Below are positions 43,644 to 52,765 of a stretch of 53,157 nt of DNA, in pieces. The translations under genes were made by a program, and so were the position numbers. Position 1 is the stretch's first letter. The number at the start of each line of letters is the position of its first letter. The notes under the pieces are model-generated. The model was not told the origin of the DNA, searched no databases, and saw nothing but the letters and a program-made list of their open reading frames with translations. This stretch comes from an uncultured Candidatus Saccharibacteria bacterium (lineage in GTDB: Bacteria; Patescibacteriota; Minisyncoccia; UBA6257; GWB1-50-10), in the NCBI GenBank assembly GCA_964466475.1, contig CAYXNB010000002.1:1-53157 (forward strand), written 5' to 3'.

Positions 43644-45917
43644 GGATCCTAAAAGAAAGAATGCGTTGCGTACTGCGCGAAGCAGATTACCTCCCTGCTG
43701 AACTCCGCCATCGCTTGGGAGCGGAGGAGGCGGAGGCGGAGGAAATCCTCCTCCCCCGTCAGGCGGCAAGGGCGGAGGAGAAAACGTGCCTCCTTCTGGC
43801 GGACGAAAACCTCCGAATTCCCCACCCGGAGACGGCGCCTGAAATCCGCCCTGCGGAACAAATCCTCCCTGAAAACTCCCTTCCGGAGGTCGAAATTCTC
43901 CTCCCTGAGGCGGATGAAACCCTTCGGGCAACTGCGGAAATTCTCCTTGTGGCGGCAATCCTCCGGGCCCGAAACTCTGCCCCTCGAATCCCTGTCCGCC
44001 GACAGGCAGGACGCTCCGAATCTGTCCCTCTATCTGCCCGCGAATCTGGCCTTCCACCTGTCGACGAATGTCTCCCTCAATTCGGGACGTATCAAATCCC
44101 CGCTCCGCATCTCCTTCACGAATTGTTTCCCTGAATCTTGCAGGATCAAAATTCGGTTCTGAAAACGCCTCATTAAATTGCGAAGGGTCAAACCCGCGGC
44201 TCTCCAGTTCTTTCTTTAACTGTTCGCGTAAAATAGGATCCTGCGGATTCGGCACTCCTCTGTCCTGTCCGAAAAAGGGCGTAGCGCGATTTTCCGGACG
44301 AAACTGACTCGGATCCGGACGAAACGGAGGCCGAACACCCTCAGGCAAATTTCCTTCAGGTCCATGAGGAAATTCGCCCTCTCCTCCCTGAGGAGGGAAC
44401 CCGCCCCCCGGACCCTGTCCCTGCGGACGGAAATTCCGGAAACACTCGTCAATTATTTCATGAGGATCAAACCCGCCCCCCTGATTTTGCAGAAAAGTGG
44501 CGACATCTCCTCCGGTCTTGGAATTCAAACAGGTCGCGATCTCCGGCGGAGCGCTCCGCAAAAATCTCTGCATCTCCTCTATGCCTCTCGCGCCGCCCCC
44601 GTCATCCTCCCCAAAGCCGCCCTGAAATCCCCCTTGAAAACGCGCCTGCTCTCCGCAAACACGGAACACATCTCCCGTCTGCGGAGTAAATTGAAGATCT
44701 CCATTCTGTAATTTTTCAAAATCATCTCCCAATTTTTCCCGCGCGCACGAAGCAATCTCCGGCGGCACGCGCTGGAATATCTCGCGGGGATCGGGACCGG
44801 ATCCGTGCTTTTCAAAACATTCCCGCACCCGCTCGCCGATCTGCGGCCCCGGCGAAAGCCGTCCCGCCTGAATGTCCGCGATAATATTTTCCCCGAGCCG
44901 CGCCTTCAGGCACTGCGCCACCTCCGGCGGAGCAAATTCAAGCCCCTGTTTTAATTGAGTAAAACCCTCCTTCGCCCGTTTCAATTCTTCCGGACGGATA
45001 AGGTTATGCTTTTCCGCGAAAGCGAAACACTCCTCTTGATGAGAGGGGTCATTACAATACGCACGGCACTCCCGCTCGCCCCTGCACCCTCCGGGACCCC
45101 CTTCGCGCATCACCTGCCGCGCCATCTGCACCTCCTCGGGTTTCATAAAACCCGCCTTTTCGGCAAAAGCGATGCACTCGTCCGCGTTGTCCGGATTATT
45201 GCAAAACCGGTCACACTCACCCTTGGATTTGCATCCTCCGGGGGTCTCGCCGCTTGCCATAAGTTCCTGGATTTTCGAAAACTGCTCCTCATTCTGCGGT
45301 CCGTGCTCACCCTCTCCCTCATCTAAAAATCCCGCTTCTTTTGCAAATCGGAAACATTCCTTCGCGTGACTGAAATCGCCGCAATATTTCTCGCACGATT
45401 CTTTACTCGTACATCCTCCGGGCATTTGCCCGCCGCGACGCAAATAATCCCGGATCTTCCGCGCCTCCTGAAGGTCTTCGTCGTTTCCGTGCACACCCTC
45501 ATCCTCCGCGAATTGCAAACAGGTTTCAATATTCGCGACATTCTCGCAAAACGCCTCGCATTCCTTAGGAGTCCTGCATCCGCCGGGACCTCCGCGCTCC
45601 TGCAATGCGCCGCCAAACTTCCGGGCGCGCTCCGCCTCCGCTTTGTTCATGAGCCCGTTCTTCTCCGCGAACACAACGCACTCCGTAAGGTGCGCCGGAT
45701 CATCGCAATACCTCTTGCACTCCGTTTTATCGCGACAACCCCCGAGTTCCGCCACAGGAAAGGCGATTCCGCTCGCCTCAATTTTTTCCTCGCTTGGCGC
45801 CCGCGGAACATTTTGTGCCTGAGCCCCCGGAACAACTAAAAACGCGACCACAAAAAAGACTGCCGTAAAAGCAAAAAGAAAAAGTAAATATTCAAAACGC
45901 AATGTTTGTGCGCGCAT
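43638..45917 (-). CDS. Secreted protein with five 4-Cys repeat domains, three 2-Cys PPE(I/V)A repeats and a G/P/Q/F-rich low-complexity tail
   Basis: Signal/TM N-terminus. Repeats are of the form GGC(x3-4)C(x2)[YF]C(x7-8)EC(x2)FAEK; the tail is GGFQ/PPQGGEF-rich with a PPPPPPP run. Confidence 0.7.
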   Translation of the reverse strand: MRAQTLRFEYLLFLFAFTAVFFVVAFLVVPGAQAQNVPRAPSEEKIEASGIAFPVAELGGCRDKTECKRYCDDPAHLTECVVFAEKNGLMNKAEAERARKFGGALQERGGPGGCRTPKECEAFCENVANIETCLQFAEDEGVHGNDEDLQEARKIRDYLRRGGQMPGGCTSKESCEKYCGDFSHAKECFRFAKEAGFLDEGEGEHGPQNEEQFSKIQELMASGETPGGCKSKGECDRFCNNPDNADECIAFAEKAGFMKPEEVQMARQVMREGGPGGCRGERECRAYCNDPSHQEECFAFAEKHNLIRPEELKRAKEGFTQLKQGLEFAPPEVAQCLKARLGENIIADIQAGRLSPGPQIGERVRECFEKHGSGPDPREIFQRVPPEIASCAREKLGDDFEKLQNGDLQFTPQTGDVFRVCGEQARFQGGFQGGFGEDDGGGARGIEEMQRFLRSAPPEIATCLNSKTGGDVATFLQNQGGGFDPHEIIDECFRNFRPQGQGPGGGFPPQGGEGEFPHGPEGNLPEGVRPPFRPDPSQFRPENRATPFFGQDRGVPNPQDPILREQLKKELESRGFDPSQFNEAFSEPNFDPARFRETIREGDAERGFDTSRIEGDIRRQVEGQIRGQIEGQIRSVLPVGGQGFEGQSFGPGGLPPQGEFPQLPEGFHPPQGGEFRPPEGSFQGGFVPQGGFQAPSPGGEFGGFRPPEGGTFSPPPLPPDGGGGFPPPPPPPLPSDGGVQQGGNLLRAVRNAFFLLGSN

Positions 45918-46231
45918 TACTCAAATGGATTTTTATACGTCCCCTTCAACGGATTCACCGGAACCGGCGCCGCGGTTTCCGGCAAAGCGTTCTTCAAAGG
46001 ATTCGCGGCATTCTGAAAAATCTCGGTCCCGATGTCCGCCCCCTCCAACTCCTCTCCGGTCGGCGTCTCGATAACGTCCTCTGTTTGCGAAGTGCGATAC
46101 GCGCGGTCTGCCGGAACCTGATACCTCCAATACAAATACGCCACAATACACCCCGCAATCACGATCGCAAAAATAACCCAAGGAACATTGTAGTGATGCT
46201 TTGACTCAGAAATTCCGTTTGCCATATACAT
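45917..46231 (-). CDS. Small single-pass membrane protein
   Basis: TM segment VPWVIFAIVIAGCIVAYLYW. Its stop overlaps the start of the downstream 759-aa gene. Confidence 0.5.
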   Translation of the reverse strand: MYMANGISESKHHYNVPWVIFAIVIAGCIVAYLYWRYQVPADRAYRTSQTEDVIETPTGEELEGADIGTEIFQNAANPLKNALPETAAPVPVNPLKGTYKNPFE

Positions 46232-46298
46232 ATAGTATACAACAAAAGATAAACTACAGCACAAATCTGTGCATAACGCCGCGCAAGCGGAAAATACA

Positions 46299-46327
46299 TT
46301 GCCATTTTTCAGTTTCTCGCCTAAAAT
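46299..46327 (+). promoter_or_regulatory. Promoter TTGCCA-17 nt-TAAAAT upstream of tRNA-Lys
   Basis: Hexamers at 46299-46304 and 46322-46327, 10 nt before the tRNA 5' end. Confidence 0.6.
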
Positions 46328-46337
46328 CATACGAAAA

Positions 46338-46413
46338 GCCCCTATAGCTCAGCTGGTAGAGCACTCGCCTCTTAAGCGATTGGTCCTAGGTTCGAATCCT
46401 AGTGGGGGCACCA
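46338..46413 (+). tRNA. tRNA-Lys (anticodon CUU), CCA encoded
   Basis: gcccctatagctcagctggtagagcactcgcctCTTaagcgattggtcctaggttcgaatcctagtgggggcacca. Confidence 0.9.
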
Positions 46414-47129
46414 TGATCGCAGTTATAGCAGCCGCGGGCCGCGGAACCCGCATGGGCGAACTTACAAAAAACCGGCCCAAGCATCTCATTGAAGTTGCGG
46501 GGCGTCCTTTTCTCTACCACGTCCTCCAAAATTTGAAGCAGGGCGGCGTCACAAAATTCATTCTTGTCGCAGGCTACCACGCCGAAGCCATGCGGGAATT
46601 CGCGGAAAAATACACGGATGAATTTAATATCACGCTCGTCAACCAGTTCGAAAAATTCGGCGAGGAAAAATACGGCACCTCGGTGCCGATAGAGGCCGGG
46701 GAGCCAGAAATAAAAAACGAATCCTTTCTCGCGATCTACGGCGACAACCTCTATTCCCCCAAAGACGTGGAGCGGCTCATCGCAACCGATGACTTCAATT
46801 ATATTTCCGTCCTCGAGCACCCGGAGCCGCAAAAATACGGAGTCGCGGTTTTAGACAACGAGGGCTTTCTCCAAACCATCGTGGAGAAGCCGAAAGAATA
46901 TATTTCCAATCTCATAAACACCGGCCTCTATAAATTCACTCCGGAAATTTTTGAGGAAGTGAAAAAAGTGCGAAAATCCCCGCGCGGAGAATATGAACTT
47001 ACAGACGCGGTGCAAGCCCTTGCCGCGCGCCGCCGCGTCAAAGTGCTAAAATTACATGATTACTGGCAGGACTTCGGCAAGCCCGAAGATATCCAAAATG
47101 TAGAAAAATTTCTAAGCGAAACAAAGTAA
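46413..47129 (+). CDS. Sugar-phosphate nucleotidyltransferase (G1P thymidylyl/uridylyltransferase-like)
   Basis: MIAVIAAAGRGTRMGELTKNRPKHLIEV signature. Start moved to the ATG that overlaps the tRNA CCA end. Confidence 0.8.
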   Translation: MIAVIAAAGRGTRMGELTKNRPKHLIEVAGRPFLYHVLQNLKQGGVTKFILVAGYHAEAMREFAEKYTDEFNITLVNQFEKFGEEKYGTSVPIEAGEPEIKNESFLAIYGDNLYSPKDVERLIATDDFNYISVLEHPEPQKYGVAVLDNEGFLQTIVEKPKEYISNLINTGLYKFTPEIFEEVKKVRKSPRGEYELTDAVQALAARRRVKVLKLHDYWQDFGKPEDIQNVEKFLSETK

Positions 47130-47144
47130 AGCGTTCATAAAAAT

Positions 47145-48077
47145 ATGTTGCGCCACGTTCTAACTGCAGACCAATTCTCCCGCAAAGACATCGAGCATTT
47201 TTGCGAAAGAGCCGCCTGGTACAAAACCAGATTAAAAAATCAAAATACTCGCCTGAAACTCCAAAAAACCTTTCCCGGACGGCTCATGCAGTCACTTTTT
47301 TTTGAACCCTCCACCCGCACCGACCTTTCTTTCCGCGCCGCCGGCCACCACCTGGGGCTTGCGGTTCACGCGGTCCAAAACGCGAAAGAATTTTCTTCCG
47401 CGGTGAAAGGCGAACGTCCGGAGCATACCGGCCGCGTCATCTCCGGCTATTATCCGGACGCTATCGTGGTGCGCCACAACGAAGAAGGCGGCCCGGCAAA
47501 AATCGCGGAGCAGAGCAATGCCCCGGTTATAAACGCGGGAGACGGCGGAGGCGAGCACCCTACCCAGATGCTCCTCGATATGTTCACGATACAAGAACGG
47601 TTCAAAAAAATAGACGGCATCCGCGTCGTCCTTGCCGGGGACTTAAAATACGGCAGGACCACCCGCTCCCTTGCTATCGCGCTTGCGAAATTCAAAAACG
47701 TGAACTGTGTTTTCGTTGCCCCGAAAGAACTTGAAATGCGGGAAGATGTAACAACACATCTGCAGGGAAATATAGAAATCTCGACATATCAAAATATCAA
47801 GGAAGCCCTCGCCCATCCTTTCGACGTCTGGTACCACACCCGGATTCAAAAAGAACGCCTGCAAGGCGAATCAGTAACCGAAGATATTCAAAAAAATTTT
47901 ACGATAACAAAAGAAGTCATGGGCCGCTTCCCCCGGCAAGCAATCCTCATGCACCCCCTCCCCATTGCCGGAGAAATAGATCCGGAGGTGGACCGCGACC
48001 CAAAAGCATTTTATTTCACCCAGGCGGACAACGGCCTCCCCATGCGTATGGCAATTTTGGAATGGGTGCTTTCCTAG
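47145..48077 (+). CDS. pyrB: Aspartate carbamoyltransferase catalytic subunit
   Basis: FFEPSTRTDLSF, HPTQMLLD and MHPLP motifs. Confidence 0.85.
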   Translation: MLRHVLTADQFSRKDIEHFCERAAWYKTRLKNQNTRLKLQKTFPGRLMQSLFFEPSTRTDLSFRAAGHHLGLAVHAVQNAKEFSSAVKGERPEHTGRVISGYYPDAIVVRHNEEGGPAKIAEQSNAPVINAGDGGGEHPTQMLLDMFTIQERFKKIDGIRVVLAGDLKYGRTTRSLAIALAKFKNVNCVFVAPKELEMREDVTTHLQGNIEISTYQNIKEALAHPFDVWYHTRIQKERLQGESVTEDIQKNFTITKEVMGRFPRQAILMHPLPIAGEIDPEVDRDPKAFYFTQADNGLPMRMAILEWVLS

Positions 48078-48089
48078 TACAATGGAGGC

Positions 48090-50225
48090 ATGCTTCCTCT
48101 CGATCTCCCCATAGAAAATCTGCCGCGCGTCAGCAAATATTTTGTTTCCCGTTTCAAAAAAATGGGGATAAAAACAATCCGCAATCTTCTCTACCACTTC
48201 CCCGCGCGCTACGACGACTTCTCCGAAATCTGCGAGGTCATAAATCTCATTCCCGGCCAAGTCGCGACCATCCAAGGCAAAGTAAAAACGATAAAAACAC
48301 GGCAGGCGTGGAAACGCCGCCGCATGCAAATTACCGAGGTAAAAGTTGGAGACGATACGGGCGAAATAGAAATCATCTGGTTCAACCAGTCCTATGTGGC
48401 AAATCAACTAAAACCGGAAACGCCGGTCAGCATTTCCGGAAAAATATCCCAGTCCGGCGAAAAACTCCAGCTCAAAAACCCGACCTTTGAAATCCTCCAT
48501 GAATGGAAGGGCGAAACAACGCACACGGGCAAATTAGTCGCCAAATATCCGGAAACCCAGGGAATGACCTCAAAAGGCATCCGCCACTTCATGGATATAG
48601 TCCTCCGTCAAATGCCGAAAATCGAGGAACCGCTCCCCGAAGAAATCTTACGAAAACTGGGGCTCCAAAACATTCAGGAAGCCCTGCGTCAAATCCACCA
48701 GCCGGACACAATAGAAAACGCAATCCAAGCGCAAAAACGCTTCTCCTTTGAAGACCTCTTTTATCTCCAGATTTTCAACCTTAAGGAAAAACAAAAACTG
48801 AAAGAAGAAAACGCCCCGGAAATCCCCGTTGACATAGAAAAAATAAAATCGCTCCTCCGGGCCCTGCCCTTCGAACTTACGACCTCGCAAAAAGCCGCGC
48901 TCTGGGAAATTGTGCGGGATCTAGGGAAATCCCACCCCATGAACCGCCTCCTGCAAGGCGACGTCGGCTCCGGCAAGACCATCGTCGTGGCGCTCGCCGC
49001 CCTCCTTGCCGCCGAAGAAGGATTTCAGGTCGCCTTCATGGCCCCGACCGAAATCCTGGCCCGTCAGCACTTCGAGACCATGAAAAAATTTTTTCCCGAA
49101 ACCGAAGAAGGCCTCGCGCTCCTCACCTCCTCTGAATCCCGCGCGTATTACGGCGAAAATCTGGAGCATGCGGCGAAAAAACCGGAACTGAAAAATGAAA
49201 TAGAGGCCGGAAACATAAAAATCGTCTTCGGCACCCATGCCCTGATTCAAAAAAATGTTTCATTCCAAAACCTCGCCTTGGTAATTATCGACGAACAACA
49301 CCGCTTTGGCGTCCGCCAGCGCGCCGAACTTGCCCGCCGCTCCATGCCGCATTTTCTATCTATGTCAGCAACCCCGATTCCCCGCACCCTCTCTCTTACG
49401 CTCTGGGGCGACCTGAATCTCTCGCTCATAAACGAACTCCCGAAAAACCGCCACCCGATCACCACAAACGTAGTACCTCCGGAAAAACGAAATGAGGCAT
49501 ATGCGTTTATCCGCGCCCAAATCAAAGAAGGCCGCCAGGCATTCGTCGTCTGCCCGCGTATCGAGCGAAGCGAAGATACGCGTCCCGAGCAAAGTGAGGG
49601 ACATCCTTATGCGTGGATATCCGATATCCAAAAATTAGACGTAAAATCCGTAAAAGAAGAATTTGAAAAACTTACCAAGCACGTCTTCCCCGACATTCGG
49701 GTTGCCATGCTCCACGGCAAGATGAAGCCGAAAGAAAAAGAAGAAGTCATGCGAAACTTCAAGGATGGCAAGTCCGACATCCTGGTCTCCACCTCCGTTA
49801 TCGAAGTGGGCGTGGACGTGCCAAACGCCACAATCATGATGATAGAAAGCGCGGACAGATTCGGCCTAGCCCAACTCTACCAGTTTCGGGGCCGCGTAGG
49901 CCGCGGAGCGCACAAATCATACTGCCTGCTCTTCACCGAATCCTCCTCCAAATCCACGGCGGCCCGCCTGCACGCAGTCGAAAAAGCGAAAAACGGAATG
50001 GAACTCGCCGAATATGACTTAAAAACCCGCGGCCCCGGAGAATTTTTGGGCGAAGTGCAGACCGGCATGCCCGATCTCGCGATGAAAGCCCTCAAAAATC
50101 CCGATCTCGTAAAAGAAGCGCGCCATCTCGCCGAAGATCTTCTGCAAAAAGATCCGAAGATGAAAACCCACCCCCTCCTTCGCGAACATATACAAAAATT
50201 CCAAACCCGCATCCACTGGGAGTAA
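48090..50225 (+). CDS. recG: ATP-dependent DNA helicase RecG
   Basis: Wedge/OB N-terminus, GDVGSGKT, DEQHRFGV and QFRGRVGRG. Confidence 0.95.
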   Translation: MLPLDLPIENLPRVSKYFVSRFKKMGIKTIRNLLYHFPARYDDFSEICEVINLIPGQVATIQGKVKTIKTRQAWKRRRMQITEVKVGDDTGEIEIIWFNQSYVANQLKPETPVSISGKISQSGEKLQLKNPTFEILHEWKGETTHTGKLVAKYPETQGMTSKGIRHFMDIVLRQMPKIEEPLPEEILRKLGLQNIQEALRQIHQPDTIENAIQAQKRFSFEDLFYLQIFNLKEKQKLKEENAPEIPVDIEKIKSLLRALPFELTTSQKAALWEIVRDLGKSHPMNRLLQGDVGSGKTIVVALAALLAAEEGFQVAFMAPTEILARQHFETMKKFFPETEEGLALLTSSESRAYYGENLEHAAKKPELKNEIEAGNIKIVFGTHALIQKNVSFQNLALVIIDEQHRFGVRQRAELARRSMPHFLSMSATPIPRTLSLTLWGDLNLSLINELPKNRHPITTNVVPPEKRNEAYAFIRAQIKEGRQAFVVCPRIERSEDTRPEQSEGHPYAWISDIQKLDVKSVKEEFEKLTKHVFPDIRVAMLHGKMKPKEKEEVMRNFKDGKSDILVSTSVIEVGVDVPNATIMMIESADRFGLAQLYQFRGRVGRGAHKSYCLLFTESSSKSTAARLHAVEKAKNGMELAEYDLKTRGPGEFLGEVQTGMPDLAMKALKNPDLVKEARHLAEDLLQKDPKMKTHPLLREHIQKFQTRIHWE

Positions 50226-50243
50226 AAAACACGCAATCGGAAA

Positions 50244-50452
50244 AGAAACTCTGCCGCGGTGTTCGAGCGGATTCTGAGGCCGTTTTGGCATGGTCTCCGA
50301 GCCGAGCGAGGAGCAAAACGGCCGAAGCCTCGGAGCGAGCGGCTGGGCCTAATTGTCCGGGGGACAATTAGGCGGGCAAGATACCGAAGTAATAAATCGA
50401 ATCTTGCCCTGGACCGAGCGAGAATGAGCGAGGGCACTGCGGCAGAGTTTCC
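50244..50452 (+). ncRNA. Family-B structured element, copy 2
   Basis: Same architecture as 30833-31062. Closing stem is 50244-50261 with 50435-50452. It has a shorter apical hairpin and compensatory substitutions in three helices. Confidence 0.65.
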
Positions 50453-50467
50453 GTGCGTCGCAACACC

Positions 50468-50914
50468 CTACTCATATTCAATATAATGAATCGCGATCCC
50501 AAACCTCTCCGCCACGTCATGTTCCAAAACCGAAGTTGGAGAGATCTCCCACCGCGGAGCGAAAAAAGCGTCCGTGATGTGTCCGGATTCCAGAACCTGC
50601 GCCGCGAGATCCGCGTAATGCCGCGCGGCATATCCCGCCTCCTTCAGGCGCGCCAACGTCTCCAGCGTAAAGGCGTCCTGCAAAGTAAAAATCGGAAAAT
50701 GGCGCATCTCCTGTAATACTCCGGCAAGGCGGATCAGTTCTTCCCGATTATCCGGAACCCGATGCGGCCCGTCTGAAGTTATGACGCCGGAAACATACCC
50801 GATCCTCGGATAATGATATTCATGCCGGAATTTTTTAAGCGCGTGCACAATGTGCCCGTACGCATCCTCAAAATTCCGCGCAAGCCCCGCCGCGTCCCGC
50901 AAATGACTTCTCAT
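50468..50914 (-). CDS. Hypothetical protein, possibly DUF4406/nucleoside 2-deoxyribosyltransferase-like fold
   Basis: RIGYVSGVITSDGP...N.EEL resembles the YISGPM-type N-terminal motif; the assignment is weak. Confidence 0.4.
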   Translation of the reverse strand: MRSHLRDAAGLARNFEDAYGHIVHALKKFRHEYHYPRIGYVSGVITSDGPHRVPDNREELIRLAGVLQEMRHFPIFTLQDAFTLETLARLKEAGYAARHYADLAAQVLESGHITDAFFAPRWEISPTSVLEHDVAERFGIAIHYIEYE

Positions 50915-50956
50915 GCCTCTATTATAGCGTATTCATGGATTCCCCCAACACGAATA

Positions 50957-51448
50957 TCAACAATCCTGCGTCCGTAAAAATTCAAAAAATTCGTCAAAAG
51001 AAGTAAAGATGGCTCCGCGCTTCAAAATCATATGTAACACATGCGCGTTTATGGAAACCGGATCGGATTCATATACCAAGTACACCGGCTTTTCGTAATC
51101 AAACGCTTTCTGCATTTCGCGAAGCGTCCCGCCCATGGCGGGACGCTCGGGAAAATGTGCTATTAAAAAATCACTGCCAAGCACCGCCTCATGATTCCAC
51201 CTCCAGATATCATCCATAAGCGAAGTAAAAAGTGTCCAGTCATGAGATTTTTTGGCGTTATCAACTTTCTCTCGTCGTTCATAAATATCCGATGTTCCTC
51301 CTAAAACAACGTTTCCCGTAGGATCAAATACGCCAATACCAAACGCGGCAAGACGAGGGACAACGCTCTCCCTCCATCCCTTCCCATAATCCGAAGCACC
51401 CTCAATGGGGCCAATAAGATATGCTGTTTTTTTATATTTGGAAAGCAT
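50957..51448 (-). CDS. Nucleoside 2-deoxyribosyltransferase-like protein
   Basis: KTAYLIGPIEGASDYGKGWR...FDP and the later GTLREMQKA pattern. Start moved to 51448 because the annotated N-terminal extension reads through the family-A element. Confidence 0.5.
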   Translation of the reverse strand: MLSKYKKTAYLIGPIEGASDYGKGWRESVVPRLAAFGIGVFDPTGNVVLGGTSDIYERREKVDNAKKSHDWTLFTSLMDDIWRWNHEAVLGSDFLIAHFPERPAMGGTLREMQKAFDYEKPVYLVYESDPVSINAHVLHMILKRGAIFTSFDEFFEFLRTQDC

Positions 51449-51462
51449 AATAAAATCTGAAA

Positions 51463-51607
51463 GCGCAAGGCGGTTTTGATTTAGAAGCAACTCTCGGAGA
51501 CGCGCCGGGCTTGGTCCCCGAAGGGGCCGGCGCGTCGAGAGCGTAGTGCTGCGCCGTGCCGCCGGAGCACGGCGACAGCCGGTGCTTCGAAACAAAACCG
51601 CTTGCGC
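51463..51607 (+). ncRNA. Family-A structured element, copy 2 (compact version)
   Basis: The closing stem (51463-51478 with 51593-51607) has a different sequence from copy 1 but is still complementary. The core is identical. A single hairpin gccgtgc..gcacggc replaces the three hairpins of copy 1. Confidence 0.6.
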
Positions 51608-51616
51608 GCAAAATCT

Positions 51617-52756
51617 CTACCGCAACTCCGCCCCAAACTGCTCCGCCGTCTTTTTGTAAATCTCGCCCTGGATCGCGTCCACCTCGCTTGAAAGAAGCGT
51701 CCTCTCGTTGCTTCGGTACACGATTCGGTACGTATAACTCACGCGATCTTTCCCGAATTTCTTCTCATCTTCGTATTTGTCCAAAAGCTCCACCTCCTCC
51801 ACCAGGTCCCCGCCCAGCTCCCGGATCAAATCAAAATAATTGTTCGGCACAAAGTCCTTCCCCACCACAAACGAAATGTCCCGCGTAACCGACGGATACT
51901 TGCTCACCTCCTTAAACTCCTGCCCCAGTTTTAACTGCCGCGTAACGCGCGGATCCTCTGACCACAAAAGCCGGATGTCCGGCAAGCCCATGCTCAAAAT
52001 CGCGAGCCGTTCCAAACCGAATCCGAATGCCCAGCCGTTATATATTTCCGGATCAATATCAAGCGACTTCAACACGTTCGGATGCACAAGTCCGCTCCCC
52101 AAGACTTCCACCCAGCTCCCGTCCGCCTTTTTAATTTCCATTTCGCAACTCGGGTCAGTGTACGGAAACGAATCAATGTTAAAACGATACTCCACGGCCG
52201 GACCGAAAACCGCCTTCGCCACATCCGCTAAAATTTCCTTCAGATCATCTACCGCGTAGACCTTCTCGGATTTGGGACGAAGCCCCCACCCGTCTATCTG
52301 ATGAAACACGTTCATGTGTCGCCTGTCGATCTCGTCTTTGCGATACACCTTGCCGAACGAAAGCGAGCCAACCGGCTCCCCCCTCCCCAAACGCTCGCGC
52401 ACGGACCGCTCGTTCACATAGTAATACCACATGACCGTGGTGTGCGTACGCAAAATATTTTTTTCATCCACATAGTATGTATCAGAACGAGACCGCGCCG
52501 GATGATCCGCCGGAAAATTAAAAAGATCAAAACTGATGTCAGCAGGCACGATCTCCGGCACCGTAATCACATCGAGTTCCGCCATACCCGGAATCTTCAA
52601 AATCCTCTGCACCAGTTCCCGCAAAGGGCTTCCCTCCTGCCGCGAAAGATCCGGCATATCCAAATACCGCCTCATCCGCAGGGCCTCGAAATCAGTGCGT
52701 GATTCAAGCTCCTTCCGCAGCCGCGCCTCGTCTTTGGAAACAATTTCAATAATCAT
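51617..52756 (-). CDS. pheS: Phenylalanyl-tRNA synthetase alpha subunit
   Basis: Class II motifs: FPADHPARS, LRTHTT, FHQIDGW and GFGLERL. Confidence 0.9.
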   Translation of the reverse strand: MIIEIVSKDEARLRKELESRTDFEALRMRRYLDMPDLSRQEGSPLRELVQRILKIPGMAELDVITVPEIVPADISFDLFNFPADHPARSRSDTYYVDEKNILRTHTTVMWYYYVNERSVRERLGRGEPVGSLSFGKVYRKDEIDRRHMNVFHQIDGWGLRPKSEKVYAVDDLKEILADVAKAVFGPAVEYRFNIDSFPYTDPSCEMEIKKADGSWVEVLGSGLVHPNVLKSLDIDPEIYNGWAFGFGLERLAILSMGLPDIRLLWSEDPRVTRQLKLGQEFKEVSKYPSVTRDISFVVGKDFVPNNYFDLIRELGGDLVEEVELLDKYEDEKKFGKDRVSYTYRIVYRSNERTLLSSEVDAIQGEIYKKTAEQFGAELR

Positions 52757-52765
52757 AAAACAATA

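Noticed and set aside
46269-46412. N-terminal 48-aa extension of the nucleotidyltransferase ORF
   Set aside because: It is translated straight through tRNA-Lys (..IAQLVEHSPLKRLVLGSNPSGG..). The conserved GxGTR motif follows the internal ATG at 46413.
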